From IMG/VR virus record IMGVR_UViG_3300027749_000082, positions 1 through 64,000 of that record: DNA of 64,000 nucleotides. One strand, written 5' to 3'. A program made the translations under genes and the position numbers. This document shows positions 40,191-50,189 of the stretch, in pieces. The first letter of the stretch is position 1, and each line of letters begins with the position of its first letter. The notes under the pieces are model-generated. The model was not told the DNA's origin and made no database searches. It saw only the letters and a list, made by a program, of their open reading frames with translations. This DNA comes from a virus.

Positions 40191-42351
40191 GTCTTATATG
40201 ACCATCATTATGTTCAATTGACCCGAAATATGCAGCTGCACCACCCCAACCTGAAGTTATAGGCCACCTATTAAGATCGTATACTTTAATATACTTATCT
40301 CGTCTTACTAAGTAGTTTATAATTTTAAGAGCAGCATCTGTATTAAAATAAGGATCAAGTAGCTGTGCATCGGTAAGCGGTTGACCATTGTTTAAATTAT
40401 AAGCGAGACTTTTACCATCTAAATATGATAATTGGAATAACCCTTTCGAATTACCATGATCACCTGTTGCTGTATTTTTAAAACCTGACTCTTGTTCGCA
40501 TAATCTCATAAAGAAAGCTGACCACTCAGTCACAGTACCGTTAGATATACCATAAGCATCACCATCTAGCGGTTTTGATGTAAACGCAGGGAATGATGGT
40601 ATTCTTTGCTCAATATATGATTTAAGTTGCTGTTTATTAACTTCACCTGTATTACTTTTATTTAAATCAGCAATTGTACCAATAACAAACTCAATTGTAC
40701 AAGTTGTTTTACTTGGACATGCATACTGTTCATATACACTTACTTTACCATTATCTGGATCATCGAGAATATAAGGACTACCAGTTGTTACAGGTTCTTT
40801 CCCAAATATCGCTTTAAAAGTAGGTATAGTAAAATAAACACCAGGTCCTGTGCTTTCATCTGGAGGGAGATCAAATACCTTTACAACAATAGCATTACCA
40901 CCGTTATCAGGTTTAACTCTAGCATACACACGCTTATCAGAATCACCTGTATTACTTATATACTGCTCTAATTCTCCTTCACCATACGAAAATCCACCAC
41001 TTGAAGTAAAGTAAGCTTTAAGTATAGCAGGATCTATAGCAATTCCAAGATTAAATTTATTATTTTCAAACTTAATTAAATCAACACTAGTAGTATAACC
41101 TTGCGCTTTTAATTGTTTATAAAATTCCCAACTTGAAGGTCCTGTCTTATATTGATCATTATCCCCCTTTTTATCCTTACGTTGCGCTTTTATTAACCCA
41201 TGCTGTGTATCACTACTATTTGATTTATTACTGTAGAATGTTGTACCGGCTAAATGACCTCCATAAATCATTATATTATTTTTTGTAGATGATGGAGAAC
41301 CATCTGTAACAAACGGTATAGGGTTAGTAATAGCTACATAATTATCTAAAGGTTGAATAAGTGTTGGATTTCTGTTACCGATACCTCCATAATCTAAATT
41401 ATCTGCATTACTACCACCAGAATTTGATGGTGATTGCCCAAATAGTGTTCTTTGAAACATACCTGATGTAGGGTTAGAGCTATTAACAGTATCCGGTATC
41501 CCAGATCTAGATACATTTTCAAGATTCTGTTTAGGGTCGTAAGGATTATATCTATAATCGTGTTGATAATCTCTAAAGCAATCACCTAATTCCGCCGCTG
41601 TTTCAGCTAAAATGTCAGCAGCTATCTTATTTAAAGTTATATGTGAAGCGTAATCTGGCGTATATCTATAACCTGCTGTATTAAGCCTCATAGAAGACCC
41701 ATCATGTGCAAGATTCTCGAGAGTTGTTTTATTAGCAGTATCTACCATTGATGTCTGCGTCTCAGACCACGCTTGTAGTGCTAGTGTTTTTAAATTAACT
41801 ATACTCTTTTGAAATAGTTCAGGTATCTTATTAAAGAGTGTAGCATCAATACCACCTGTAAACATAGCAGTATTATCTTTCATGCTACCTACAGCAAAAA
41901 CAGAGTTCTCGTTTGAAAAAATAGATCCTTGTGATAACTTACTAATAGAGCTTGAAGTTCTTCCAAACGGATTGCAGGGAGATGTTAAACAATCATTAGC
42001 ATTTCTAATTGAGCGTGCTAGTGATGTATTTAAACCATTTAAATTTGCAAATGTATAATTAATGTATGATATTTGTTCTGCAAAAATAGGATATGTTTCC
42101 ATTTTTTGCCTATAAAATTTCTTTGTAGGTATATCTATACTTGCACCACTTAATACAAAAGTAGTCACGAATGCATTAAGTGCATCTTTATTACCATTGA
42201 TAGCCTGATTAAAATTTATAGCTAAATCAAAATCTAATGCGAGAGCAGGATCGTCTAAGTGCTCGCAATAGGGTGATTGATACTTAATAAACTCTCGAGA
42301 AATCGCATAACCAAAAAGTTTAGCGTGTAAATTATGTGAGTATATTACCAT
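40180..42351 (-). CDS. baseplate/tail-associated muramidase with C-terminal lytic transglycosylase (SLT) domain
   Basis: EQESGF...SKGLFQL...LLDPYFN at the C-terminus. Follows the hub gene. Confidence 0.75.
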   Translation of the reverse strand: MVIYSHNLHAKLFGYAISREFIKYQSPYCEHLDDPALALDFDLAINFNQAINGNKDALNAFVTTFVLSGASIDIPTKKFYRQKMETYPIFAEQISYINYTFANLNGLNTSLARSIRNANDCLTSPCNPFGRTSSSISKLSQGSIFSNENSVFAVGSMKDNTAMFTGGIDATLFNKIPELFQKSIVNLKTLALQAWSETQTSMVDTANKTTLENLAHDGSSMRLNTAGYRYTPDYASHITLNKIAADILAETAAELGDCFRDYQHDYRYNPYDPKQNLENVSRSGIPDTVNSSNPTSGMFQRTLFGQSPSNSGGSNADNLDYGGIGNRNPTLIQPLDNYVAITNPIPFVTDGSPSSTKNNIMIYGGHLAGTTFYSNKSNSSDTQHGLIKAQRKDKKGDNDQYKTGPSSWEFYKQLKAQGYTTSVDLIKFENNKFNLGIAIDPAILKAYFTSSGGFSYGEGELEQYISNTGDSDKRVYARVKPDNGGNAIVVKVFDLPPDESTGPGVYFTIPTFKAIFGKEPVTTGSPYILDDPDNGKVSVYEQYACPSKTTCTIEFVIGTIADLNKSNTGEVNKQQLKSYIEQRIPSFPAFTSKPLDGDAYGISNGTVTEWSAFFMRLCEQESGFKNTATGDHGNSKGLFQLSYLDGKSLAYNLNNGQPLTDAQLLDPYFNTDAALKIINYLVRRDKYIKVYDLNRWPITSGWGGAAAYFGSIEHNDGHIRLTP

Positions 42352-42397
42352 TGTAATTATTTATCGTGTAATCCTAAGAACTAATTAATTAATACAA

Positions 42398-44023
42398 TTA
42401 AAATTGTGGATTTATACTAGGATTAAATTGATTAGTAAACGATTGATTTGCTGTTTCTAATACCGCTGGAGTAGGTGGTGGTATTGTAGGAGCACTAGTA
42501 GTTACACTAACACCCGGATTTACATTAGGATTAAATTGATTGTTAAATGAATTAAGTGCTGATTGTAATGCAGGTGTCGGTGTTGTTTCGGGTGTAGTTT
42601 TATATATACCAGCTGGTATATTAGATATATTAGCTCCAGGTCGAACAGCCGTACCCTTAGTATGAAGTTTAGCACATACTATTTCATTTGTATAAAAATC
42701 ACCTTTAAATACATGTTTTACAGAAATAATAAACCAGTATCCATCCATACTATCATCTGTTGTTGCTTTATTAATGATACCCTCACCCTTATAATTTATT
42801 TTAATAAATTTACCTGACTGTCTATATGCCTTACCAGGAACACTAAATGTAAGATGCTTATTATCATATATGAAACTTTTCATCATAATATTAACAACAG
42901 CACTTTTTGTTAGTGTATCATTCGCATCATCTATATTTTTATGTACAATCCTTCTATTTGACTTACCAGCTTCATTATTTCTTGTTACCGTAGGTAAGTT
43001 CGCTGCGTTGCCAGCTAACATCTGTGTAGCAAAATCATACTTTACACCTTCATAAGTAACGGTTGGTGCAGCTGTACTTGTTATATCCTCACTACCAGAG
43101 CCGCTAACTATTGTATCAATCCACTTATTTTCTAAAACATCACCTTGATCAACGTGTATAAAGCTATAATTATCTATAAAGTTCGTATTTAGAGCAGCAC
43201 TATTATTAGCAGAGCCTATTACAAACTCCTCCGTAACATATTCATGAAGATCCTCTGCTTTTTGATTATACTTTATATAAAACCCTTTAATATACTCTGC
43301 TAACGGTCTTAATACAAGTTTTCTCTGTAAAACCCCATTCTTTAATACTGTTACACCTGTTAGTAAACCAGGCCCTGCAATATCACCTGTATAAGTAACA
43401 TATTGATATAATTTACAAATAATATCATATAGTGTTGTTTTTCCCTTCTTATACACCCCCGCTAAACTAATATTATTAGGAGCATCAGCTACAAATGCAT
43501 CCTTTATCGTGATATTTGTAGTTATATCGTCTACAGATTCTTTATTAGAATGCTTAAGTAGTGTGTGAATTAATTTACCTGGGGTATCGTTTAACTTAGA
43601 GTCATTCGGTAACTGATATATACTTTCTGTTTTTAATTTTGCGACGAAGTATTCTTCAAAGGAAAAAGAAAGACCCTTATCGATAATATTAATTGAGTCT
43701 TCTACACCTTTTGTAAGAAAAGCTAAAAACGCTATTGAAGCATCAGCATTTGTTTTTGACTTAGAAAGGTTAGAATCCTTAATACTAATATACAAACAAT
43801 TAATACCCGTTACATCTAACACATTTAATTGTTGTAAAATACCATAAAAATTATTAATGGTACAGCTACCACCATAACCAAAAAATGCTAAGCTATCTTC
43901 AATTATAAGATTATCTATTGAACCCTTTGTTAATGGTAAGTAAATTTCAGCTCCTGGTTTAGTATTTACTAGACCGAACTCAAATTCATAAATATCGCTA
44001 TTAATGTTACTCTGCTTACTCAT
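42398..44023 (-). CDS. baseplate hub protein (gp27-like)
   Basis: LIIEDSL near the N-terminus. C-terminal VPG...RQSGKFI...GYWFIISVKHVF...NEI. Confidence 0.65.
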   Translation of the reverse strand: MSKQSNINSDIYEFEFGLVNTKPGAEIYLPLTKGSIDNLIIEDSLAFFGYGGSCTINNFYGILQQLNVLDVTGINCLYISIKDSNLSKSKTNADASIAFLAFLTKGVEDSINIIDKGLSFSFEEYFVAKLKTESIYQLPNDSKLNDTPGKLIHTLLKHSNKESVDDITTNITIKDAFVADAPNNISLAGVYKKGKTTLYDIICKLYQYVTYTGDIAGPGLLTGVTVLKNGVLQRKLVLRPLAEYIKGFYIKYNQKAEDLHEYVTEEFVIGSANNSAALNTNFIDNYSFIHVDQGDVLENKWIDTIVSGSGSEDITSTAAPTVTYEGVKYDFATQMLAGNAANLPTVTRNNEAGKSNRRIVHKNIDDANDTLTKSAVVNIMMKSFIYDNKHLTFSVPGKAYRQSGKFIKINYKGEGIINKATTDDSMDGYWFIISVKHVFKGDFYTNEIVCAKLHTKGTAVRPGANISNIPAGIYKTTPETTPTPALQSALNSFNNQFNPNVNPGVSVTTSAPTIPPPTPAVLETANQSFTNQFNPSINPQF

Positions 44024-44394
44024 ACATTAACTTGACTTAATACGCTATTAATAATACTATCTATATTATCAGGATAAAAATACTTATATGCTATACCAGG
44101 CTCTGCATAGAATATATTTTTTGGTTTATTTATTAAAAATAATAACCACCATAAGTTAGTAGTACCGTATAATTTATATGAAAATGTTGTCCAAGGTAAT
44201 TTCCGATTCAAAGTAAAAGCACCTATTAGTGTTGGATCGATATCTGTTGGTATATTAACCTTGTTTAATATATTATAAAAATAATATACATCTGTAGCAG
44301 TTTTATTAGTAGTATAGACATTAAAAATATTTTCATATCTCGTATTATCTAATTTTTCTAATGTAGGTATATCGTTTTGTGGAAGTCCGTTCAT
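44020..44394 (-). CDS. 53: baseplate wedge subunit (T4 gp53-like)
   Basis: SYKLYGTTNLWWLLFLIN LysM-like motif. Confidence 0.75.
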   Translation of the reverse strand: MNGLPQNDIPTLEKLDNTRYENIFNVYTTNKTATDVYYFYNILNKVNIPTDIDPTLIGAFTLNRKLPWTTFSYKLYGTTNLWWLLFLINKPKNIFYAEPGIAYKYFYPDNIDSIINSVLSQVNV

Positions 44395-44419
44395 TTTTAA
44401 AATCTTACAATTATATTAT

Positions 44420-45616
44420 TTAAAATAAAGATAATACACCCGTATTTATCTTATTACCGAAATCCGGAGACGCCATCATATTACCTATATCCGCTAGTAA
44501 GCCTGTAAAGGTAATTGATACTACATACGCTTCAGGTATTGGTGCTGTAATAGTTGTACCTGCACGATCATTACTTGGAATAGCAACCGGTAAAATACGC
44601 TTTGTGCCTTGAAACTCTACAGACATATTACTTATATAACAGTAAGGCATAGATTTAATGCCTGGTATAGAGAGTGTATATATCTTTGGTGGTAATATTC
44701 TTGAAAATGAAGTTCTATATGGTTTATTCTGATACGCTAGCATCCATAACAGTTCATAATTTTGTTGATATGGTAATACTGAACTATCACCAGGGTTATA
44801 CGTGTTAAGTAGTGGAAACTTAATAGTGATAGATTCACCTTCAGAAGGATATTGAAAATATCTAGGCTTTTCAATAAAGGTACCAGGTTGTAGTACATTA
44901 AGTGTTGCAGCTGCTTGATCTACAGATGTTTCAACCAATTCCATATATTTTTTCGAGATCAAGGGTCGTTCTTGACTTTGACTACCCCATGAATTAGTTA
45001 CAGTCATTGTATCACTGCCGAAGTAAGGCAATATATATCTAAACCCTGTTTTCTTAGTCAGATATATACCTATATATGACTTTAAAGTACTCTTCGAATA
45101 ACTTAGTAAGCTTTGATCATCAAAAGATGATACAAGTTTTTGAAGCTTTGATTGTAGAGCTTTCATTGTAGATTCAAAACTTGAACCAGTAGCTGTACTA
45201 CCTAAACTTGAGCTTATTAGTGTAGTAATATACGTAATTATTTTATTACTACTTTCTTTATCTAAATTATTTGTTGATCCTCCTATACCATTTATAAACG
45301 ATGTAACATAATATAAAGCGGAGGAAATAAGTGAATTCGTTTCCTGTGATCTCTCTGTAAGAAATACACAAGGAATTGATGGTAATACACCTTTTTTAGG
45401 AGATACTGTCCAAACAAAATCACCTCTAACATCTATTATACCTGTAGGACTCTTCGGATGTAATATAACATTACCGTTTGTATTATTTACAGTGCCAATA
45501 TTAGCTAATGATGGTGCAGAAATTAACCCACCTATAACATCTATACCACCTATACTAAGAAGATTGGTTGTAAGAGTGTTAGATGTATAAGAGTATAAAG
45601 ATGTAGGTGTAGACAT
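44420..45616 (-). CDS. baseplate-tail tube junction protein (gp48-like)
   Basis: Tube-like fold pattern (ITIKFPL, PPKIY..IPG..YCYISNMSVEF, IPEAY.VSITF), located between the tape measure and gp53. Confidence 0.55.
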   Translation of the reverse strand: MSTPTSLYSYTSNTLTTNLLSIGGIDVIGGLISAPSLANIGTVNNTNGNVILHPKSPTGIIDVRGDFVWTVSPKKGVLPSIPCVFLTERSQETNSLISSALYYVTSFINGIGGSTNNLDKESSNKIITYITTLISSSLGSTATGSSFESTMKALQSKLQKLVSSFDDQSLLSYSKSTLKSYIGIYLTKKTGFRYILPYFGSDTMTVTNSWGSQSQERPLISKKYMELVETSVDQAAATLNVLQPGTFIEKPRYFQYPSEGESITIKFPLLNTYNPGDSSVLPYQQNYELLWMLAYQNKPYRTSFSRILPPKIYTLSIPGIKSMPYCYISNMSVEFQGTKRILPVAIPSNDRAGTTITAPIPEAYVVSITFTGLLADIGNMMASPDFGNKINTGVLSLF

Positions 45617-45632
45617 ATAGTTCTGTTAGGTG

Positions 45633-47261
45633 TTATGCTAATAAAGTCTGATTATTATAATCAGTTCTGTAGTTTTCAGGTGATGGGGTATTATATGAGT
45701 TAAAAGAGGCTCCAGAGCCACCACCTACTGGTTTTCTTACAAGTTGAACAAGTAATTCAATCATTGTATCTTGACGTTTAATCTGTTCAGATAATGCAGC
45801 TTTAGCAAACTTATTATATTCAGCAGTATTAGATACAAGTGTCTGCATATTATTATCACCGGTTGTGGTTAACGTGCCAGAGATTTCACTATTAACCTTC
45901 TTTTGTGTGCCTAATAGGTTCCACAATGCTTCGTTAATGTTATTAATATTTTTAATGGTCTTATCTACATCAAGATTGCCTAATATATTAAAATCTTTAA
46001 CAGCTGCTAATTCTTTAAGAGCATTTGTTAGTTTTTCTATACCAGGTGCAGCTTTACCGAGTTCTATTATCTTATCAAACGGACTTTTTGCACCAAATAG
46101 TGAACCAATACCATCTATTATACTACTAAAAAGACTACCACTACTAAACACTGCTAATCCCGCTCCTATAGCAGCTAAAGCTGGTCCTACAGCTAGCAAG
46201 ACACTTACTGGCATATCTTTAAGCTTTACTAAAGAATCTGCAATTTTATCAAGAGCTGGCGCTGCAAGATTAGCTGCATATGCGAATGGTATAAGGGCAA
46301 TACCAAGTAATCCAAGTGCAATAGCACCCATACCTATTAATTCAGGAATTGGTCCAGCACCTGCGACACCACCAATAACACCTAACCCAACTATAGCAGC
46401 ACCAGCTATCTTCAAAACTTTCCAATCCATTTTAGCAAACGGTTCTACAGCTTTTGATATACCCCATAATGCAGCATCCATAAGACCAAGCCCTAATGCG
46501 CCTAATGCAATATCTTTAAAGTTACTACCTATAAGTTTTCCTGCTACTCCTAATGCTGTTATAGCAACTCCTGCTTTTCCTAATGTCTCCCACCCTATAC
46601 CTTCAAAAGGTTTAAGCCCCTTATCTACAAGAAATTCTAAAGCAACGGTAGTTGCACCTATACCAGCTGCTAGCTTAATCAAATTCCAACCTAATCCTTT
46701 AACCCCTTTATTAAGCATATAAATGGTTAATATTGTACCACCTACTACAACACCAATTTTAAGTATAGTCTTCCAGTCTAAATTTTTGAAGGTAGTCATA
46801 ACACTATCTATTAGACCACCTACTACACCTTTTATTTTTTCTTTTAATTCTTTCGGTAGTAATGACCACCCAAAAACACCAAGAGCTGCAGCTCCGAGAG
46901 CGCCCAACATTGTTTTAACAAAGTCACCCTTGTTGTCTTTTATATTACTAACCGCACTAACAACTCTATCTTTCATAGAACCTAAGGCTCTTATTGGTGT
47001 AATTGTCGACACTCTTTTAGCTACCGTGTCTTGCGCATACTTTCCTATCTCAACAATTTTACCAAATTCTTCTCCAAAGATTTTAGCTATTTTTCTAAGT
47101 CTGGATTGTTCATCAGAAGTTAAATTTGATTTAACTCTATTTTCTTCGTTATTAATAACACTAGAAGAATTAGCAGATTTTGAGTCTACACCTTTTGGCT
47201 CTGTTCTCCCTCTTAGGAGTGCAGACATAGTTTCTAAAACACCTAATTTATCATTAGCCAC
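45633..47261 (-). CDS. tail tape measure protein
   Basis: 542 aa with Gly/Ala/Leu-rich amphipathic repeats (W.TLGKAG.AI..LG), lying after the gp26-like genes. Confidence 0.75.
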   Translation of the reverse strand: MANDKLGVLETMSALLRGRTEPKGVDSKSANSSSVINNEENRVKSNLTSDEQSRLRKIAKIFGEEFGKIVEIGKYAQDTVAKRVSTITPIRALGSMKDRVVSAVSNIKDNKGDFVKTMLGALGAAALGVFGWSLLPKELKEKIKGVVGGLIDSVMTTFKNLDWKTILKIGVVVGGTILTIYMLNKGVKGLGWNLIKLAAGIGATTVALEFLVDKGLKPFEGIGWETLGKAGVAITALGVAGKLIGSNFKDIALGALGLGLMDAALWGISKAVEPFAKMDWKVLKIAGAAIVGLGVIGGVAGAGPIPELIGMGAIALGLLGIALIPFAYAANLAAPALDKIADSLVKLKDMPVSVLLAVGPALAAIGAGLAVFSSGSLFSSIIDGIGSLFGAKSPFDKIIELGKAAPGIEKLTNALKELAAVKDFNILGNLDVDKTIKNINNINEALWNLLGTQKKVNSEISGTLTTTGDNNMQTLVSNTAEYNKFAKAALSEQIKRQDTMIELLVQLVRKPVGGGSGASFNSYNTPSPENYRTDYNNQTLLA

Positions 47262-47269
47262 ATAGTTAT

Positions 47270-48004
47270 TTATTCACCGGCTAAAAAGCCAGCGTCTATA
47301 TTTAACTTAGTACCGTCGCTGAATGTAAAGAACTCTTGTTCATACTCCTTATATTTTGCAATAAAGTCAAGTAACATATTATTAAGTTTGAGAGGTAGGT
47401 TTTCAACAATATTTTTTCTATCGTAAATACCATGCTCACCAAAATTAATGATAGAATCCTCTATTTGTATTGTTTGTATAAATTTTATTAGTTCATATAC
47501 TAATAAAATACTAATAGAACCACCAATTTTTTTATCGTCTGCAGCAAGCTTGGATATCTCAGAAATACTCTTTTCTGTAATTTTTGAATCTTCTATAAGT
47601 GTTGGTATCTTTACTTTAACCCTAATACCTTTATATTCAAACTCTTGCTCCTCTACATACTTAAACTTAAAAGGTGGTAGACTATCGAGAGAATAATCAA
47701 TACTGTTAATAGTTACTTTATCACCGTTAATTTGACGTCTAATATCTAAAAGAATCTTACTTCTATCGTAATGTTTAAAAGCAATATCTTCAGTAGAATT
47801 TTCCTTAACGATATCATTAAAAATCTTAGTTGAGAGTATAGTACCTTCAACACCTTCGAGAATAGTCTTAATTACATCTCTTTGTTGTTTAACAGAAAAT
47901 GATTTAAAGGGAATTTTCTTATTAATAGACGGTACATATACATCTACAAACTCGTTATCATTAAATTGTTTAAGTTCATCCAAAAAAGACTTAACATCAC
48001 TCAT
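47270..48004 (-). CDS. baseplate hub assembly protein (gp26-like)
   Basis: VYVPSINKKI.FK.FSVKQQR, D...ILL.IR and ENLP. Confidence 0.65.
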   Translation of the reverse strand: MSDVKSFLDELKQFNDNEFVDVYVPSINKKIPFKSFSVKQQRDVIKTILEGVEGTILSTKIFNDIVKENSTEDIAFKHYDRSKILLDIRRQINGDKVTINSIDYSLDSLPPFKFKYVEEQEFEYKGIRVKVKIPTLIEDSKITEKSISEISKLAADDKKIGGSISILLVYELIKFIQTIQIEDSIINFGEHGIYDRKNIVENLPLKLNNMLLDFIAKYKEYEQEFFTFSDGTKLNIDAGFLAGE

Positions 48005-48012
48005 AAATGTAT

Positions 48013-48840
48013 TTACTCACGCTTCTTGCTTTGCAACTCCTTATTTTGATCATCAATATCCTTATTATATATGTTAATTAATACTCGTGTATCAAGAGGT
48101 GTAAGATCAAAAAACGTATCACCTGATATAGAAAGTCTATTTGAAAAAACATATAATAATTCGAAAAAGTTTTTTAACCCTGTTGAGAAAATCATCATAA
48201 TAAAATTCATAAACTCATTTGAAATTATATTTGTATTAATACCTTCTATATTAAAAGCTTCATTATGCTCTATAATTACAAAATCCTGTAATTGTTTAGA
48301 AATCTGAGTTATATACTTATTAATATGTGGAAATAGTAAGTTTGGGATAGTAGCTAAAACTTTTTCTTTTTCTTGTTCTGTTAATTCAGCAAAATTGAGT
48401 ACATTATCTTTAAATTTAATAGTTCTTATTATACTTGAATATATATCATCAATACTCTTAAAATACAGAGTATTCGGTAACCCTAAATCAACTGTAAAAT
48501 CTTGTACGTTTATTGTTTGCTCAAAATCATTTTGAAAACAATCAATTTTTTCAAGTATTGTAGATATACCGTAATTTACCGTACCGTTGGTATTTGAAAA
48601 TAATAAATCAGGATCTATAAAAAGCATTCGTATAGTTAATAGAATATAGAACTTATCTATAATATCTAAAAACTTAAGGTCACCCTTAAAAATAATGAAA
48701 TTAAATAAATCATTTAATCCCTCAATATCTGCATTCTCGCAATACTTTAGTATAGTTAAATAATCCTTATTCTTTAACTCCTCTAACCGTATACGTTTAC
48801 CGCTTGGTAATTGAATTTTAATTTTAAAGCCGTGGCTCAT
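48013..48840 (-). CDS. gp26-like hub protein with gp51-like C-terminus
   Basis: IQLPSGKRI, LDIIDKFYILL.IR, and C-terminal FFDLTP.DTRVLINIY...QN. Confidence 0.55.
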   Translation of the reverse strand: MSHGFKIKIQLPSGKRIRLEELKNKDYLTILKYCENADIEGLNDLFNFIIFKGDLKFLDIIDKFYILLTIRMLFIDPDLLFSNTNGTVNYGISTILEKIDCFQNDFEQTINVQDFTVDLGLPNTLYFKSIDDIYSSIIRTIKFKDNVLNFAELTEQEKEKVLATIPNLLFPHINKYITQISKQLQDFVIIEHNEAFNIEGINTNIISNEFMNFIMMIFSTGLKNFFELLYVFSNRLSISGDTFFDLTPLDTRVLINIYNKDIDDQNKELQSKKRE

Positions 48841-49541
48841 ACTACAGGTATAGTATAGTAACGACTAAAAGCAAATCCAACTGTCTTACTAACTTCCGCA
48901 AAACTAATATCAGAATAATTTAATTCATCACCGCTAACTTGGTGAGGTATAGCATCCTCAAAAATAAGTGCTTTTCTATGCTGAAAGACTGGTAACCCAC
49001 CTTGACCCGGTTTAGCGCGGGTATAGTAGTTAACCATTATATTACATTTTATATCTTCTTTACCATCTTCTATAAGACCCTTATATGATGCAGCTATAAT
49101 CCAAGGTCTTATAAAATTGTCAATAATATCTAAATTAGTTTCGATAAATGTAATAGATAATCCGTTACTTGCACCGTAACCATTTCTGTCTCCACTAATA
49201 TAACCTGGTAAAAATCCTCCAACATTATCAAGTGAAGAGTTACTTACATTATATGCATCATTAGGTAAAGCAACATTTTGTGCAAACATATAACCATAAT
49301 AACTGTTTGGATCTGATTGATAATCAAACAACCCACTTACAACCGGCCATTTATTAGGTCCTTCATAACGTGCGAGTATGGAGGAGATATTAGCTCCTAT
49401 ATCGCTCATAGTATTAGCAGCAAACAAGCTAGCCGCTGCTGCACCCCGTGGAAAGAAAGATATCGTCCAAAGAAACTTAAGTGGAACATCATTAGCCCAC
49501 TCGTTCTGTAGACTGATCCGTAATGGAATTGATCCAGTCAC
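48837..49541 (-). CDS. tail-tube-like protein (gp54-type initiator)
   Basis: AQNVALP, LSITFIET, FIRPW and FEDAIP. Adjacent to gp19. Confidence 0.6.
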   Translation of the reverse strand: MTGSIPLRISLQNEWANDVPLKFLWTISFFPRGAAAASLFAANTMSDIGANISSILARYEGPNKWPVVSGLFDYQSDPNSYYGYMFAQNVALPNDAYNVSNSSLDNVGGFLPGYISGDRNGYGASNGLSITFIETNLDIIDNFIRPWIIAASYKGLIEDGKEDIKCNIMVNYYTRAKPGQGGLPVFQHRKALIFEDAIPHQVSGDELNYSDISFAEVSKTVGFAFSRYYTIPVV

Positions 49542-49554
49542 TTATGTTTAGTTT

Positions 49555-50106
49555 TTATTGAGCAACAGGAGGATTAGTATAGTAGTGGTAAGCAATTGTA
49601 GCTGTAACGTCTACAGTTTGACCAGTACCTGCAGCTATTGAATATGAGATATTCTCAATATTTCTTATAGAAGCTCCAACAAGCTTATACGAACTAATTG
49701 GCTTAAGATCCTTATCTAATTGCGCTAATGTAATATAGTGTGTTTGATCTGGTGTACCATATTGACCTGTAGAAGTACTATCGTCAAATAATGCTCTTGA
49801 AGCAGTTTCAAAGTAATTTCTAAGGCTACTAGCTGCATCAAGATAGAATACAATTTGATAACCTTCAGAACCTGGATATGTAACACCACCTGGAACATTA
49901 ATGTTTAATCCCATATAAGGTACAGCAACATTACTAATATTTCTACCTGGAAGAGCAGCTGTCTTAGCATAGATTAATTGACCTTCTGTCATCGCAGGAA
50001 CACCAGCAAGATTTAACTCAGTTACTCTAAAAAGGAAATCTCTAGAGAAATCTCTATCTGCTGCTGTTTTATAGAAGTTTTGGATATTTTGGTTTACGCC
50101 GGCCAT
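49555..50106 (-). CDS. 19: tail tube protein (T4 gp19-like)
   Basis: RDFLFRV, AKTAALPG, VPYMG..INVPG, ITLAQLDK and VTATIAY. CATAAATA 5 nt upstream. Confidence 0.85.
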   Translation of the reverse strand: MAGVNQNIQNFYKTAADRDFSRDFLFRVTELNLAGVPAMTEGQLIYAKTAALPGRNISNVAVPYMGLNINVPGGVTYPGSEGYQIVFYLDAASSLRNYFETASRALFDDSTSTGQYGTPDQTHYITLAQLDKDLKPISSYKLVGASIRNIENISYSIAAGTGQTVDVTATIAYHYYTNPPVAQ

Positions 50107-50138
50107 ATTAATATTTATGTAACCTGATATAGAAATAC

Positions 50139-50168
50139 AAAAAAAAGCCGGTTGTTTCCAACCGGCTT
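50139..50168 (-). terminator. intrinsic terminator after the sheath gene
   Basis: Stem AAGCCGGTTG/CAACCGGCTT, GAAA loop on the minus strand, followed by a U-tract. Confidence 0.85.
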
Positions 50169-50189
50169 AATTATTTTAACTACTTTTTA

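Noticed and set aside
45865-47265. Two long antisense ORFs (285 and 180 aa) over the tape measure gene
   Set aside because: In this register, antisense stops require Tyr codons, or His/Gln after a T-ending codon, in the sense gene. These are scarce in the Gly/Ala/Leu-rich tape measure, and the single stop coincides with a Tyr. Compositional artefact.
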